A stretch of 32,000 nt of DNA from Mycoplasmoides pneumoniae FH. GTDB taxonomy: Bacteria > Bacillota_I > Bacilli_A > Mycoplasmatales > Mycoplasmoidaceae. Positions 30,629 through 32,000 of the stretch are shown here, piece by piece. The notes below the pieces were generated by a model that saw only the letters and a program-made list of their open reading frames with translations, ran no database searches and was not told the origin of the DNA. Position 1 is the first letter of the stretch; every line of letters starts with the position of its first letter. Where the stretch lies: assembly GCF_001272835.1 (NCBI RefSeq), contig NZ_CP010546.1, positions 272,809 to 304,808 on the forward strand. The letters are read 5' to 3'. The position numbers and the translations under genes are program-made.

Positions 30629-31101
30629 GTGTACGCGCGCTTAATTGCTGAAAAACTGCTAAATCATAAGCTCACCATTGCCACTGCAGAGTCAGTTACT
30701 GGGGGCCTTTTGAGTAGTAGCTTAACCGACATCGCTGGTGCTTCTCGTTTCTTTAAGGGTGCCATTGTGGCATACAGCAATGAATTGAAAAAATCACTTT
30801 TAAATGTCAAACAATCAACCTTAATTAACCACGGTGCTGTTCGCGTTATTGTGTTCGTGAAATGGCGTTAGGTTTAATGCAAAAATTCAATGTTGATATT
30901 GCCGTGGCCTGCAGTGGGTTAGCGGGTCCTGATGCATTGGAAAACCAAGCAGTTGGTAGCTTGTTTTTCTGTGTGATTGTTGCCAACAAGGCTTATGACT
31001 TTGAAACAAAACTACCAGCTGGCTCTAGAAACGAATTGCGCCAGCTTTTTGTGCAAAAAATCTTGCAAACAGTTGAACACATTTTAAGTGAAATTTCTTA
31101 G
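30629..31101 (+). pseudogene. cinA: CinA/PncC-family (nicotinamide-nucleotide amidohydrolase-like) gene interrupted by a 1-nt frameshift near 30841
   Basis: ORF 30629..30871 (GTG start; TIATAESVTGGLL...AYSNELK...INHGAV) is the N-terminal half of the family. ORF 30862..31101, in the -1 frame, supplies (SRYCVRE)MALGL...ACSGLAGPD..., the C-terminal half. The two frames are both open only between 30829 and 30869. Confidence 0.8.
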
Positions 31102-31126
31102 GTTAAATAAGGTTTAAGAGAACAAG

Positions 31127-31882
31127 ATGCAGCGTACTTTAAATGTTGGGGTGATCCTGTGTGAAAGCTTTATTTCCAACGCCCAAAACCCAGTTAACTC
31201 CTACATTAAGATTTACGAAAACGTGAGGATGTTTGAGTTTGCGATTAAGCTACTTCAAGAATCGCGAATTAACTTCCAAAAGATCCTTTTATACGTTTTG
31301 GAAGAGCAAATTCCACTTGTGGAAAAAGTAGTTGCCAAGTACGAAAACTGCTGGGTCTTTCGTTCCAAGCACAACGAGGTTGAGGACATTTATGAAGCCA
31401 AGGGCTTTATTGAAGACAAGTACAAAATTGGTTTAAAAAGTTCTAAAAACCAAGCCTCTTCGTATTATGACAACTGTTGTTTTGTTGTCTTGGAAGCATG
31501 TCGACCTTTAACTTCCAAGAAGGTTGTTAAAAACGTGTATGAAAAGGCAATGATTGACGGTGCCGCTGTAGCTGTACTACCGTTTGAAAGGCAGCTTGTT
31601 TGTGGTGATAATACTAAGGCGGTGCGCCAGTTAAAGGACAAGGGCAACATGAACTATTGGCGTCAAAGTAGTACTTGGGAGTTGCAATTTCCCCAGGCTT
31701 ATACGCTCAATAAGTTAAACCAGTATCATAAAAACCTCTTTATGAAGGCGCGGAACATGCTTGATTTAATGAACATTTCCGCTAAGAATCCCCTAAGCAT
31801 TGTCGATGGTAGTGCTTACAGCTTTCGTGTAGTTACTAGCCTGGACTTTGAAATTTTGTTAGGTATTTTGCGCAATGGATAG
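31127..31882 (+). CDS. Conserved hypothetical protein (251 aa) that by eye resembles IspD/TarI-type nucleotidyltransferases
   Basis: This is an uninterrupted ORF. VVLEACRPL, ELQFPQAY and SIVDGSAYSFRVVTSLDFEIL resemble the family motifs VxDAARP, TPQxF and the C-terminal V.G...N.KIT.P.DL. The N-terminal Gly-rich loop of the family is not recognisable. Confidence 0.75.
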   Translation: MQRTLNVGVILCESFISNAQNPVNSYIKIYENVRMFEFAIKLLQESRINFQKILLYVLEEQIPLVEKVVAKYENCWVFRSKHNEVEDIYEAKGFIEDKYKIGLKSSKNQASSYYDNCCFVVLEACRPLTSKKVVKNVYEKAMIDGAAVAVLPFERQLVCGDNTKAVRQLKDKGNMNYWRQSSTWELQFPQAYTLNKLNQYHKNLFMKARNMLDLMNISAKNPLSIVDGSAYSFRVVTSLDFEILLGILRNG

Positions 31883-32000
31883 AAAAATAGTTCAACTAAT
31901 TCATAACTTTAGCGGTACAGAAAAACTAAAAGCAGCTGTTTTTTCACACGACGAACAGTGTTTCTTTGACTTTGTTAGCTTCGATGAATTAAACAGTAAG
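31875..32000 (+). CDS. 5' end of a hypothetical CDS running off the right edge
   Basis: ATG 31875 overlaps the preceding stop by 8 nt. The frame is open for all 42 codons to the window edge (MDRKIVQLIHNFSGTEKLKAAVFSHDEQCFFDFVSFDELNSK). Confidence 0.5.
   Translation, partial: MDRKIVQLIHNFSGTEKLKAAVFSHDEQCFFDFVSFDELNSK

Noticed and set aside
30833-30845. Programmed -1 ribosomal frameshifting as the explanation for the split cinA gene
   Set aside because: There is no X XXY YYZ slippery heptamer at GGT GCT GTT CGC and no obvious downstream stem-loop or pseudoknot. A simple 1-nt indel in a short T run is more parsimonious. The frameshift is kept as a finding, but not as a recoding claim.

Overview
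This window is a densely packed stretch of a Mollicutes chromosome, more than 90% coding and almost entirely on the plus strand. It must be read with translation table 4 (UGA = Trp). With that code the fragmented six-frame track collapses into about 34 intact genes. The order is: (upstream CDS 3' end)-hprK-lgt | rpsL-rpsG-fusA | rpsF-ssb-rpsR-rplI-dnaB-lipoprotein-membrane protein | ung | gatC(fusion)-gatA-gatB-gntR-trxB-whiA | secG-rnr-cdaM | def (the only minus-strand gene) | gmk-prpC-prkC-rsgA-pgi-rpe-asnS-pgsA-cinA-two hypotheticals. Gene order, protein lengths and a by-eye GC content near 40% match what I remember as the Mycoplasma (Mycoplasmoides) pneumoniae MPN222-MPN256 region, equivalent to M. 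genitalium MG084-MG117. That assignment is from memory and was not searched. I found no tRNA, rRNA, CRISPR array, IS or transposase gene, prophage or RepMP-type repeat, and no inserted accessory island. This is core housekeeping DNA. The points most worth a second look are listed here.
- A 197-nt gap upstream of the gatCAB-gntR-trxB-whiA gene chain carries four related inverted repeats. Three of them have identical 13-nt spacers.
- GatC is fused to an eight-helix membrane domain that resembles an ECF-transporter S component.
- A 1-nt frameshift splits the CinA/PncC-family gene.
- An IspD/TarI-like nucleotidyltransferase-fold protein has a degenerate N-terminal nucleotide loop, in an organism not expected to have the MEP or teichoic-acid pathways.
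- A lipoprotein sits next to a signal-anchored coiled-coil protein directly behind dnaB.
- SSB and S6 both have non-canonical C-terminal tails.
- cdaM and def overlap at their 3' ends.
- A compact 40-nt divergent def/gmk promoter region raises a question about the def start codon.
Start codons of several genes (def, pgsA, rsgA, rpe, gatB, the 10105 gene) remain uncertain by a few codons.
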